From Naegleria gruberi (taxonomy: Eukaryota), in the NCBI GenBank assembly GCA_000004985.1, contig GG738909.1: a stretch of DNA of 64,000 nt, one strand, 5' to 3'. The position numbers and the translations under genes are program-made. Below are positions 1 to 11,937 of the stretch, piece after piece (the first letter of the stretch is position 1; every line of letters begins with the position of its first letter). The notes under the pieces are model-generated. The model did no database searches. It was not told where the DNA came from and saw only the letters and a program-made list of their open reading frames with translations.

Positions 1-2447
1 AAATCCTTAGAAGAAACTGAAGGTGGAATCTTCTTTAAGGCAATCTTGAAATGTTCTCTCGTTACAATCATTTCACCAATTGCCTTATTTGGAGTATTAG
101 TATTAGATCTTCCTTTCAATAAATGTTCTTTCAAACATGATGTTGCAGCTTCTCTAACCAAAGCAGCCAAATCAGCGCCTGAAAAGTTTTCACACAATTT
201 GGCAATTTCTTCCAAGTTTACATCTGAAGCAAGAGGTGTCTTTCTAGCAATGGTTTTCAAGACACTGATACGTTCTTGTTCGTTTGGTAATTTAACGTAG
301 AGAAGTTTGTCCAAACGACCTGGACGTAACATGGCTGAATCGATCATGTCAGGTCTGTTGGTTGCTGCAATGACAAATACCATTCCTCTCGATTCTAAAC
401 CATCCATGGCAGTCAATAATTGATTTACAACACGTTCAGAACTTTGTGAGCTAGATTCATTATCTCTCTTTGGACACAAGGCATCCATTTCATCAAAGAA
501 AATTACACAAGGTGATGAAGCAGCAGCACGACTGAAAACTTGTCTGACAGCTCTTTCAGATTCACCAACATATTTGTTCAAAAGTTCAGGTCCCTTAATT
601 GAAATAAAGTTAGCACCACTGTCGTTTGAAATGGCCTTAGCCAACAATGTCTTACCACAACCAGGTGGACCATAAAGTAAAACACCAGCTGGAGCTGTAA
701 GTCCAAGTTTCTTATAATGATCTGGATTCTTAATTGGTTCCATAATGGCCATTCTCAATTCTTCACGAACTTCTTCCAAAGCACCAATATCATCCCAAGT
801 AACATTTGGAACTGTTGCAAAACCTTCACGTTTAGCACTTGGTTGAACCTTCTTAATGGCCTTTTCAAAATCGTTAAATGTTACATAAAGATTGGCTAAT
901 TGTTGTTCTGTTAATGGTTCCTTCATGGAACGAAGAGTTTCAGAAATGATATTTCTACGCTTAATATCCTCTGGTGAATCATGTGAAACAGTTGAAGTGA
1001 CAGGAGTAGTAGGTGAAGCAGCTGTATCAACTGCCATTGGATCATCCCCTTGTTGTTGCTCAGTTCCAAAGACAATATCACCAAATATTCTGTGAATTGC
1101 AGCAATAGCAGCTTCATTAACAAGAGCTTTCAAATCAGCACCAACATAACCAGGAGTATTGTGTGCAATGGTTTTAAAATCAAAAGTATCATGTCCACCA
1201 TCCAATTTTAATTTTCTAGTGAGAATGTTGAGAATTTTCATTCTGGCCTTCTCATCTGGAATACCAAGTGAAATTTCTCTATCAAATCTTCCAGCTCTTC
1301 TCAAAGCATCATCTAATGAATCAGGTCTATTTGTGGCACCAATTATAATTACTGTTTTACCTCCAGTTTTTTCCAATGTTAAATCATCCAAACAAGTAAT
1401 CAATTGAGCAACGATACGTTTTTCCATTTCCTTTGAAGCATTATCTCTCTTACTTAAAATTGCATCAATTTCGTCAATGAAAATAATACTTGGTGCATTG
1501 GAAATTGCATCACGGAAAATTTGACGAATCTTGGCCTCAGATTCACCACTCATACCACTAACAATTTCAGGAGCTGAAACTTTAAGGAATGGAATTTGTA
1601 ATTCACCAGCAATTGCATTAGCCAACATGGTTTTACCACAACCAGGTGGACCATGAAGTAAAATACCACGTGGTGGTTCAACACCCAATGTTGAGTAAAT
1701 TTCTGGATGCAAAATTGGATATTCAATCAATTCACGAATATCTTGTAAAATATTATCAATACCTCCAATATCACTAAATCTAATATTTGGTGTTTCAACA
1801 ATAATCTTTGGTTTTTTGGAGGAGCCACTACTTGGATCCGATTTGGTCTTTTTCTGAGGTGGAGCTTCTTTCACTTCCTTTGATGATGAACTGGATGAAG
1901 CAGTATTCGAATTGGATGAAGCAGAAGTATTATTAGAGGAAGAAGATTGAGAATTGGAAGGAGTAGTATTGGTAGTAGTTGAAGAAGAATTTGGTTGTTC
2001 TCTCTTTCTCTTCAAGTCATTTTCATTATTTTCAAGAGAAATGTTAGTTGATTGTTCCTTATAGACATTTTGTAATTGGTAATTCATTGAAGTCTTTTCA
2101 TTATTAATAACTTCCTTGAGTTTGGCAACTTTTTGCATTCTCTTTTCTAATTCTTCTTTTGAAATTTGTTCTTCTTCCGATGATGATGATTCATCTTCTC
2201 CGAGAAGTCTATCAATTGCTACTAGACAAATTTCTTTAAAATCCAATAAAGGAATTTGTTTATAATCCTTTTCATGTGATTTTCTCAAGTATGTACAGAG
2301 TGGTAATATTTCCTTTTCCCCAATTGATGTTTTATCATGTGATTCCATGTACTCTTCAATACGTTCAAGAAGAGCACTCTCATCAATTTTAGGTCCTTTA
2401 GAAGATGCTTTACGATTATTATTGTTATGTTTTTGTTGTTTACCCAT
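1..2447 (-). CDS. Type II AAA+ ATPase with two ATPase domains, nuclear VCP-like (NVL/Rix7 family). The CDS is partial: the C-terminus runs off the window at position 1.
   Basis: Hand translation of the minus strand from an ATG at ~2447 is open down to position 1 with no stop. Two Walker A motifs appear: [23 protein letters not shown] and [20 protein letters not shown]. Walker B DEID/DEMD, an SRH region, and a K/S-rich nucleolar-type N-terminus are present. It is absent from the ORF track because it has no in-window stop. Confidence 0.85.
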   Translation of the reverse strand, partial: MGKQQKHNNNNRKASSKGPKIDESALLERIEEYMESHDKTSIGEKEILPLCTYLRKSHEKDYKQIPLLDFKEICLVAIDRLLGEDESSSSEEEQISKEELEKRMQKVAKLKEVINNEKTSMNYQLQNVYKEQSTNISLENNENDLKRKREQPNSSSTTTNTTPSNSQSSSSNNTSASSNSNTASSSSSSKEVKEAPPQKKTKSDPSSGSSKKPKIIVETPNIRFSDIGGIDNILQDIRELIEYPILHPEIYSTLGVEPPRGILLHGPPGCGKTMLANAIAGELQIPFLKVSAPEIVSGMSGESEAKIRQIFRDAISNAPSIIFIDEIDAILSKRDNASKEMEKRIVAQLITCLDDLTLEKTGGKTVIIIGATNRPDSLDDALRRAGRFDREISLGIPDEKARMKILNILTRKLKLDGGHDTFDFKTIAHNTPGYVGADLKALVNEAAIAAIHRIFGDIVFGTEQQQGDDPMAVDTAASPTTPVTSTVSHDSPEDIKRRNIISETLRSMKEPLTEQQLANLYVTFNDFEKAIKKVQPSAKREGFATVPNVTWDDIGALEEVREELRMAIMEPIKNPDHYKKLGLTAPAGVLLYGPPGCGKTLLAKAISNDSGANFISIKGPELLNKYVGESERAVRQVFSRAAASSPCVIFFDEMDALCPKRDNESSSQSSERVVNQLLTAMDGLESRGMVFVIAATNRPDMIDSAMLRPGRLDKLLYVKLPNEQERISVLKTIARKTPLASDVNLEEIAKLCENFSGADLAALVREAATSCLKEHLLKGRSNTNTPNKAIGEMIVTREHFKIALKKIPPSVSSKD

Positions 2448-2592
2448 TTTTTTTGAGTTCAATTATTACATTGAAAGTTTAATCTTTAAATAGCTATTAT
2501 TGCGATAAGGCGATTGTTGAATATTATGTACAGTTTGATGAGAACAAATAGTAAATATTAATTATTATTAAATAATATATTTTTTTACTTGT

Positions 2593-3450
2593 TTACAACT
2601 CGTGTGAAGTGGTGGTCAATTGTTCGTTAATCTTCAAGTTTTGTTGCAAGAGGTGTGATAAATAGACAATCATTTGCAAGTCCTTGTTGTGTTGACCAAT
2701 AGTCTTATCAAAGTCATCAACTGGCTTCAAGAGTTGGAATGAAGACAACAAAAAGTGGTACAATTCAAAGTTCTTCTTGTTCGAAGATTGCAAATACTTG
2801 CCAATTTCTTCCAAATCCTTCTTCAATTGTTGGATAGTTTGTTGTAAAACAATATTGCTTTGCAAATACTTGTTGGTTTGGAGGTAGTTCATTGACAACT
2901 TTTCATTATCAGTCATAATGTATTCAACTCTAACTTGTTCAAACAATGTACCAACAACTTTGTCCTTGAATTTCAATTCTCTATTCATGTATCCTTTGAA
3001 ATCTATTAATCTTCCGGTGACTGTTTCGTTACCTTGTGGAACATTGATAGTACAATCAAGGACGAGTGGGCTCTTCATGATGTTATCACTGAAAGATTGA
3101 TAGATTTGTTTATCAACTGTTGTTTTCGATGTTGAAATGGTGTAGAAACCTATAAGTGTATCATTAGAGTAGACACGATGATGAAGGCTTTCCATCTTTT
3201 TGTAATAGGAAACATCAATATCGGTAGTATTTTCAGTAAATTTCAAAGGAATAGTATTCTTAATTTCAAAGTATCCTCCTTCTCTGAACTCTCCAAATAA
3301 ACATCCAATAATATCAGTCTTTGAATTAAAAGCAACTCTTTGATAATGATCCAAAATATTCAACATTACCAAAGGATGGAGTTTATAAGTAGAAGTGGTT
3401 GTACCATTGTTTTTCTCGTTGATGAGAAGACAGCTTGTGCTTCCTTGCAT
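2593..3450 (-). CDS. eif3F: Translation initiation factor eIF3 subunit f (MPN-minus, Mov34 family).
   Basis: 285-aa ORF. It carries an MPN core (KLHPLVMLNILDHYQR ... IGFYTIS) with no HxH JAMM motif. The C-terminus (DFDKTIGQHNKDLQMIVYLSHLLQQNLKINEQL) resembles the eIF3f C-terminus ([33 protein letters not shown]). Confidence 0.7.
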   Translation of the reverse strand: MQGSTSCLLINEKNNGTTTSTYKLHPLVMLNILDHYQRVAFNSKTDIIGCLFGEFREGGYFEIKNTIPLKFTENTTDIDVSYYKKMESLHHRVYSNDTLIGFYTISTSKTTVDKQIYQSFSDNIMKSPLVLDCTINVPQGNETVTGRLIDFKGYMNRELKFKDKVVGTLFEQVRVEYIMTDNEKLSMNYLQTNKYLQSNIVLQQTIQQLKKDLEEIGKYLQSSNKKNFELYHFLLSSFQLLKPVDDFDKTIGQHNKDLQMIVYLSHLLQQNLKINEQLTTTSHEL

Positions 3451-4161
3451 CTTTTGTATATGATGATGGTGTGATTAATATTCGGCAAATAGCAAGGCAA
3501 CAAAAAGCACCGTGATGATGAGAATATTTTTTCAAGTCAAAAAAAATTTACAAAATATTTTTTATTTTATTTTTAAAAATGTTTGCTTCAAGATTCTTCG
3601 CATCATAAACAAGGTGGTTGAGAAGAGAACAATGGAAGCAATCTGAGTTTTACATTTAATTTTGGCTCATGAAAGAAAGAATTAATAGAAGTAATTTTGG
3701 TGATTGAATTCAACAGAGAAGTTATTTTCTTCAATGAAGATTAGAAAGCCTAATGATGAATAATTAATATATATTCTTAATTTAGGCAATGAGGTTGTAT
3801 CTTGGTAATCAAGATTAATGAACCAATTCATTCTTAAAGAAATATTAAGGGATTAATAACAAAAGGTTGATGATAATGGATTTTAGAAAGCTACCATATG
3901 ATATTGTGAATTATTGAATGAAACACCAAGTCGAGATGAGCCTTTGTTCCACTTCATGAATTTCAGCATATTACCCATCAGAATAAATCGGAGCAATCTT
4001 ACCAACCATTTTACCATCATGCTGATTATAATAACAGCCCAAACTCGATTCTTGTTAATCTAATGATGAGAAGTATGATGGAAGATGATAATCAGAATCA
4101 CATAAACGAACACCTCACCGAGAATCAAGTAGAAAAAGGCTTTGAAAATTGTTTGTAAAAA

Positions 4162-6590
4162 ATGCAACAAAATACGCTGTTGCCAAATTCTTCTCATAAG
4201 AACAATACGACAAACAACAATACCACAACAATGGAAAATTGTTCAGCATTGGACTCATCGAGTAATGCAAGTAGTGTAGAAGGTAAATGTTCAGCTACGA
4301 CAAATTCTGCTGTACTTTCATCAGGAATTAATCATTCGGATAATTACAGTGCAAGTCTTCATCATCAACCAGAAGAAGAAGAAGAAATTTTACACTTTGA
4401 TTCCTCTGCTTGCTCTTCCTCAAAACAAAATAGTAGTGAAAATAATGCATTACTCTCTGCTGGGGAGAATGAAAAAAGTAGTCAAGCTAATTTTACAGCT
4501 TCATTATTGTCTTCTTCATTAAATAATTATTCTGAAATTAATTCTTCTGAATTGAATGAAGTTGTAAATAATAGTAGTAGTACTAGTTGTAGACTAAATA
4601 GTCATATAGGAACTTCCGAACCTATTGATGAATCAACAAGTTGTTTTCGGAGATGTAATTCTCTTATTCAACAATTGTTATATAGAATTCAACCTTCTTC
4701 CGAGTCTGAAAAACACAGAAAAGAAGTGTTTGATATTATTGCTGCAGTGCTAGAGTTAGCCAACCTGAAAGTAAATATCAAATTTATTTACATTTTAATT
4801 AATGAATTTTAAATTAGACATATTTATATGGATCAGTAGCTTTTAAAACTTATTTACCTGATGGAGATATAGATTTAAGTGTGTTTGTGAGTAATGAAGA
4901 ATACTTGGAGCTTTCATCACAGAATGTAAATAATTTGTTAAGTCATCAACCTCAAGTTAATGATTCAACAATTTCTTATGTTCATAATGTTTTATTAAAG
5001 AATATGCATATTGGATTAAAACAACAATTAGCAGACCCATCAATACCATGGTACAACAAGGCAAGAAGTTTATTTTCAGAAATTCAGAGAAATAATCTTG
5101 CTTATATTGAGGATATGACATTTATTAATGCTGAAGTTAAATTAATCAAATGTACGGTTAACAACATTCCTATTGATATGTCATCAGGTCAAATTGGAGG
5201 TTTATCCACTTTATGTTTTTTGCATGAAGTTGATGATAAGATTGCTGATAATCATCTATTTAAGAGGAGTATCATTTTAATGAAATCATGGTCTTACTAT
5301 GAAAGCAGAATTCTGGGATCTCATCATGGTTTAGTATCAACATATGGATTAACTGTCTTGTTAATGTATATGTTCCGTTTGTACAAAATTGAAACACCAC
5401 TTCAGGTGAGTAATTTATTATTTCATTTTTAAATATGAAATGTTAATTATAGGCACTTTATAGATTTTTAAATTATTATAGTACCTTTGATTGGACTAAT
5501 TTTGGTATTAGTATTTATGGTCCAATACCTTTAGGAGCTATTAACGATCACAAAAGTATTGAAGGTATGCATAATTACTTATATGGAATTATTAAAACAT
5601 TTTGAAGATTTTTATTACGAAAATTTACCACCTGAAAGACACGACTCTCTCACGAGTTCATTCCTTCAATCATGCAAATCCAAATATGGAACAGTTGACT
5701 CCTCCAAGACATTTACGATCAAAAATTTAAATATTGTAGATCCTTTGAGAGATTTTAACAATTTAGGAAGGAGTGTGAATTACAATAATTTTCTTAGAAT
5801 ACGGAGAGCAATTAAAAAAGGCTCAAAGACAATTACTGACATTTTGATTTCAAATGATTTAATGGAGTCAGAAAAAATTTTGAAATTATTCTTTAAGAAT
5901 GTAGTTGAAAAATATATTACAGATCTTCCATCATTTATTCAACAACATGATAAGGAAACAATTATAAAGGTAGAGGATAGTGCTAGTGTATTTGACTCTA
6001 AATTGGAAGATTGCAGAAATTGTTTGGAAACTGCACACAGTTTACTAGGTATCAATGCATCACCAAATGCCAACAATAGATCTGTAGAATCATCTGTATC
6101 CTCAACGAGTTCACAACCTATAGAAACAACACCAACAAAAAGCATTCCAGTCCCTACAACACCACCAAAGAGAAGTAATTCATTCAGTAATTTTATTGCT
6201 TCACCTTTAAGTCCATTGAACAGTTCTGCAATCTACACAAGAAACCTTTCATTGATGCACAGAAATAGTGGATCATCAATAGCTCAATTGGGAAGTAGTA
6301 TGTTAGCAGCTGCTCATTCTGGAAATATCAATCCAAATAATATCACACCAATAAGAAATTCTCAACACATGGAAATACCAGGTGATATTCCAGTTAAGAG
6401 TGATTCTGCAGATTTAACTGTTACATACAGTCCATCAAAACAAAAATCAAAAAAGAATCCAAAAGAGAATGAAAACATTGATCCAAATAAGTTTGAAAAA
6501 GTTCACAAGCAAAGAACCCCTCGCTCAAATTCCAAAGCCAACAGACAAACACCAGAACCAAAGAAAGAAACAAAAAAGCAAGTAAAGTGA
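4162..6590 (+). CDS. Non-canonical poly(A) polymerase-like nucleotidyltransferase (NTP_transf_2 plus PAP/OAS1 substrate-binding region). Four exons.
   Basis: Three track ORFs join in frame across short AT-rich introns. Exons are ~4162-4770, 4818-5405, 5453-5564 and 5608-6590, with GTAAAT/GTGAGT/GTATGC donors and AG acceptors. The spliced product reads ...ANLK|TYLYGSVAFKTYLPDGDIDLSV..., the hG[GS]...DxD nucleotidyltransferase signature. It continues ...LMKSWSYYESRILGSHHGLVSTYGLTVLLMYMF, which is PAP/OAS1-SBD-like. The tails are S/N-rich. Confidence 0.7.
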
Positions 6591-6620
6591 TTGTAGTGTA
6601 CTTTATTATAATACAGCTAT

Positions 6621-7759
6621 TTACATTTTGTTTGGTTCTTCACCGAACAAATCTTGTTCACTCAAAAATTGGTCATTGTTCAAAAAATCAGAATCGCCAA
6701 AAGGATTCATTGTACAAGCTTCGTTTTCATTAGAGTACCAATCCACAATATGGTGAGGGTATGTATTATTTGTGGATTCAGTTGCAATATCAGCTCCAAA
6801 AGCGAATGTGTTATACAAGTGTGTTGAAGGGGTTGAGTAATTGACTGTTTGGTGAGGTTGTTGGAAGTACAAGTTGAAAAATTGTGCTAAGGCATTAGCA
6901 TCAGAGTAAGTTAAAGGAGTGTTAAAAGTAGCAGGAGCTGAGGTTGTGTTAAAAGCAGAATTGGTTGAGTAGGAACTAATAATTGGACTACCAAAACCGC
7001 GGTATGTGCTATTATTTGCTTGTTTAGTCTTCTTTGATGGTTCACTAATGAGAGCATCTAAATCTTCACTGCAGATGCCAACTGGTGTATTTGTAATTAT
7101 GTTACAAGTATTGATTGGAGTAGAGGTAGAATACAAGTTTTCTAAAGTTGGTTGAGTGGAAATATTCTCTGGTGGACTCAAAAGACGTCTCTTTGCAGGT
7201 TGTGGTAAATATTGGTTGGATAAAGTATGTTGTGGTTGTGGTGGTACAGATGAGTTAATGGTTGGTTGTTGTTGTTGTTGTGAGAGGAAGGTTTATCAAC
7301 TAATGCAGAAAGGGTTGCAGGTAAACTTGAAACAGATGCATTAGTTGTAGTTCTCTTTCTCTTCTTCTTTTCTTCAACTTTTGGTGAAGGAAGAGGTGAA
7401 GGAAGAGAGGTTGGAAGTTCACAAGTTGATTGTTTTCTCTTTGGTTGTGTTGCAACAGTGGTGGTAGTAGTAGTTGTGGTTTGAGACTTCTTCTTTTTTG
7501 GAGAAGAAATAATTGATGGTGATGAATCACCACTTGAAATGCCATCTAATTCAAGAGGTCTTTGCTTCTTATTTCTCTTAAAGAAGAGACCACACTTATT
7601 ACACAAATATGTTGTTGAAGGGGTGGATGGAGTACAAGCTTCTGGTGTTTCAACAGTTGGGGAAAACTTTCTCCATAATGGAGATTGAGTTGTTTTGCAA
7701 TTCCAACAGACTTTATCGCCTGGTTGTGGTGAACAAGTAGAAGGTGAATGATGAGTCAT
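6621..7759 (-). CDS. GATA-type zinc-finger protein, interrupted. Two adjacent ORFs sit in different frames.
   Basis: The upstream ORF (7178-7759) has CWNCKTTQSPLWRK...YLCNKCGLFFKRNKKQRP, a C-x2-C ... C-x2-C GATA-like finger with a long loop. The downstream ORF (6621-7181) continues S/T/N-rich coding in the +1 frame. No AT-rich intron lies at the junction, so a frameshift, an indel or a pseudogene is likely. Confidence 0.5.
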
Positions 7760-9961
7760 GGTTAAATATATGATACAGGTAAGATATTGTAATAGAGGAG
7801 AGAGGGATGGTTGAATATTTTCTAAATTAGGTCAACAATAGCAATAGTGATATGACAAATTTGTACAAAAAGTAGTTTGATTAAACGACGAACGCAAGGA
7901 GGGTGTGAAATGTTGTTGCACTAAAGTTCAATAGTAGTGTGCGAGTAGTGGTAGTGGTGGAATATGAAGTAATGTATCGAGTCAATTTGACAGTGAGGAA
8001 TTGATGAATATTGATGTGAAGAATTGCAACAATATTAACTGTTATGTGATTGAAAGGTAGAGTAGTACAGGGAAGGTAGAATTTACAAGTTAATCCAAAG
8101 TAGTGATAAAGGCTTGTTTCAAAAACAGTTGAATAAATAGTCAGACAGAACAATATTATAACGAATGCTGATAGGGAGGTCTCGAGTGTGGATACAACAA
8201 CAGATATGAAGGTTGACAATGATTTAACGTAGTCTCGTAATATCAATTACCACAAAAACTGTTGTGTCTTGCAAGGAAGGTTGCAGCAACAAGGCTGTAT
8301 TATTGTTTTGTAAATTGTGTCGTGACAATGTGTTATTTTCAATATATATTATTAGGCCACACACCACAGAGAGTATTGGCTGATGTTGTTGGTTGGTTTT
8401 TTTTTAGTGGAAAATGAGGTATGAACCCTCTGAGAACAATTCCACCCACTGCCAGCTGCAACACGACCTCTCCTCACACACAAGAGGCTTGTTAGCGGCG
8501 TGTTGCTGCGAGTTTCTTGTTGGCTTCTTATTGTACAGCTGTGAAAAAAAGGCACGTTGTGAGTTGTGATGAATGATTTTTCATGTCTCTTGCTTGGCAC
8601 CAGTTGCGTTCAAATGAGCTCGATGCAAATACGGAAAACAAAAATTGCGAAGCGTCACAATAGATTTTCATTTGATGCAAATTGACAGATTTGAAAAGAT
8701 GAGATTTAAGAGCTTTGTTGAATATATCTCTCCCTAGTCAATAATTAATTGAATCAAATAATATTTTGCATTTTACTCTGTTTAATGTGAATATGAAGAA
8801 CTTGTGATTTCCTTAATCTGATGGTTGGTGTGGTGGTGAGGCACTGATAAATCACAGTAATATTAATTGACTACTGTTCTTAAAAATGGTTAAGGTTGCC
8901 GGGCTTTGAATTTTGTATAATTAAGGACTTTCACACAATGCAGTCCTTATTCAGTTTGAATGGATTGTATCTCCTCAAATCCTTGATTTTCACAAGTGAA
9001 GAACCCTCAAAAGAGCACTATTATGTTCTTCTCTCCAAACTGTTATTGTCAATATTGTAAACTAGGCAAGTGAATGGTTAAGAGTTTTGGTGAAGATTCC
9101 CATAATTTTGTAAATTACGTGTCATTGCAATTCGTTCTTTACATGTTGTGTGTTGAATAGGAACACGAATGAAATTCATGTGATCTTTTTTTAACTTCAT
9201 TAAGACCTTTTCAACATGGAAGAAAGCTGACAGGAGTATACAACGATGGCTTTGATTTTCGTTAAAAAGCTCTTTCAACTCCGAATCAAATAAAAGCTGC
9301 CAATTCTGTACCATTGTTTTTCACTTGTTAAAGTGGCAGTTACTACTGTTGGCGAGTGTACAATTAATCAGACAACAATCGGGAAAGGGGTTTTTAACTG
9401 TAGTTGCCTCAATAGTTGTAACAACATCTGCTGCTGTTGTTCATGCAAAACATTCCGATGCTCTCAATTGGATTGTAGGAAGATTTGAATGAATTACTGT
9501 TGTTGTTGTTTTTAATTCGTTGCATTATTGTTGTAATAGAAGGAATGGAGGTGGTACCTTGGCAAAACTCTAACGAACATTTTTCAAAGAACAATTATGA
9601 AGAAAATTAATTGAATGTAACATTCCGAGAAACTTGAGTCCGGTTAGTTGGAGTTCGATTCGAATCAATCTTGAAAATGTTGTTTTCAATATTTTGTTGA
9701 ACATGGTGGTTGGGATGGTATTAATGGAATTGGTAATAAGGTTGACTTCTTTTTGTTTGTCGTGCTTGCAGCTTCTCAATCTGTTTGGTCAGTTCCTCAA
9801 AGTATCAAAATGATTCGTTTGTTTTTAAGGAAAAAATAAGTTTAGCCTCAATAGTGTTATCGGATTCTGATTTTCTAACACTTTCTTGGAAGAAAATAAA
9901 GACACAATTATTGGAAACTCAATTTAGGAGTTGAACCTTTTCACCCAGTTAAATTTCCATC

Positions 9962-11699
9962 TTGATGCTAAACAAAGTTCATTACAAAAAAATAAGCAAA
10001 AATCAAAGGCTTTGCTTTTCATCACAACAACATACTCGAGTTTTCTACAACAATCAAAATAATTTATTAACAATGGTGACTAAAAGATCGCTCCGAAACA
10101 AGGAAAATGATGATGAAGAAAATACCAAAGTAAAGAATAATAATTCATCATCAATTACATCAAGTTCAAAGAAGGATAAAAAGAAACAATCAAAGAAGGA
10201 GGAAAAAAAGAACAAACAAATTGCTAAACAGCCAGTTGTGGAAGAAGATTCTGAAGATTCAAATTCTGAAGAGGAAGTTCAAAAACCAACAAAATCAAAG
10301 AATTCTAGACTAGTTACGGAATTGTCAAAGAATGTAAAATTGGATTCAAAGGAAAATGATGTTTCATCTCAATTGGCTACTGTTAGATTTTTGAGATCAA
10401 ATGGTGAGAAGGGATTGGAAAAATTAGTAACAAATTATCATTTGAAAGTTAAGAAACATTCACACTTCTCTAATTTATTTTCATTGAAATATGACATGCT
10501 GAAGAGTCCATTCTCTACTGATATTGTACAGGAATGCAGAGGATTAGTTTTAGATAAGGATAATAATTATAAGGTTGTTTGCTATCCTTTCAAAAAGTTC
10601 TTTAATTATGGAGAAAAGTACAATGCCTCAAAAGATATCAATTGGAAGGAAGCTAGAGTTTATGAAAAAATTGATGGAAGTTTATGTACACTTTATTATT
10701 ATGGGTGAGTAGCTTGCTATATTTGCAATTTCTAAATTTGTAAGTGATATGTGGTGGATTTCAACAACAGGAACTGCCAGTGGTAATGGCTATCTCCACA
10801 ATCAAAAAAGAACATTTGACAAACTCTTTTGGGATTTATGGAAAAAATTGGGTTATCAATTCCCAGATCCTAAGGAGAATAAGATTTACATGTTTGAACT
10901 CTTTTCGAATGAACATACAATCATTGTAAAGCCAGATAGAGATAGAATCGTGTTATTGGGAGTGAGGGATTTAACAACATTGAAAGAGGAAGATCCTGTA
11001 CCAATTGCAGAGCAAATGAAATGGGAATGTGTACAATCTTACCCACTCTATACTTCTGTAGGAATGGTTTTCGATGCAGCCAGAAATTTGGATCCATCCA
11101 AATATGAAGGATTTGTTGTTTGCGATTCCAATTTCAATAGAATCAAGATTAAGAGTCCACAATATGTTGCACTTGCCCATTTAGTGAATAAGGATGATGA
11201 AGATGATTCAGAAACTCAAGATTCTCCATCCCAAATTCAATCAAAGAAGAGAAAAATGTTGCAAATTGTTCGAAGTAATGAATCATCAGAGTTTTTGGCT
11301 TACTATCCAAACCTGGAAGAGATACATACAAGTGTTAAATCACAATATGACAAGTTGATTTCCATCACTAAGGAGATAGCATCTGACATCAAGGGAAAGT
11401 ATTATAGTAATAACGAGGAAGAGACATCGAATAAGGACGCTATTGTGAACTTTATTCAAAGAAAGTGTCAAACTGATTATTCAAAATTATTAATTTCAAT
11501 TTTGGATAAACAGAATCCAAACATCAAAGTTGATGAAGAGGAGATGAAGACAAGCAAAAAGTTTTCAAAAATCGTTAAGCAAACAATGACAATTGCTGTT
11601 TATCAAGAGATGTTTGGAAACAAGTCATGTGAGCAAGTTTATACAACGGTAGAAATCTCTGCTCTTTTTGATTTGTTAAATTTTGCTTTCTACTTGTAA
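9962..11699 (+). CDS. ATP-dependent RNA ligase, T4 Rnl1-like (covalent nucleotidyltransferase with a KxDG motif). Two exons.
   Basis: Exon 1 ends ...ARVYEKIDGSLCTLYYYG. Compare T4 Rnl1 motif I, KEDGSLVSTY. A 40-nt intron with a GTGAGT donor lies at ~10705-10744. Exon 2 reads DMWWISTTGTASGNGYLHNQ...YMFELFSNEHTIIV... The N-terminus is K-rich (SSKKDKKKQSKKEEKKNKQ), likely an NLS. Confidence 0.65.
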
Positions 11700-11772
11700 A
11701 TTAATTTGAAATATTAAAACAACAATTTCATATCAATAATTATTTATATGAAATTGGAAATAAAAAGTTAAT

Positions 11773-11874
11773 GAGATGAGGTTGGTTTCGATCCAACGTC
11801 CATGGGGCATCCGTGTAACCTGTAAGAGATTAACACGTTTGGAGGTCCATGCTCTCCCTCTGAGCTACTCACCC
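11773..11874 (-). tRNA. tRNA-like locus. It could be an intron-containing tRNA (the loop CTCCAAA would give anticodon CCA, Trp) or a tRNA pseudogene.
   Basis: On the minus strand: acceptor GGGTGAG, U8A9, D arm GCTC-AGAGGGA-GAGC, T arm GTTGG-ATCGAAA-CCAAC with A54/A60, and a 3' acceptor strand CTCATCT (two G-U pairs). A 40-nt segment lies between the anticodon-stem 5' half (TGGAC) and the T arm. It holds a hairpin (CGTGTTAA...TTACACG) but no GTCCA to complete the anticodon stem. Confidence 0.4.
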
Positions 11875-11937
11875 CAAAACCTGAAAGAAAAATTTCACCT
11901 CTATTACCTTTCCATCACTCAATTACAATAATTACCT

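Noticed and set aside
11773-11874. tRNA on the plus strand using GTTGG-TTTCGAT-CCAAC as a T arm.
   Set aside because: That loop lacks C56, no acceptor or D arm exists upstream in the AT-rich flank, and the D arm is only well formed on the minus strand.
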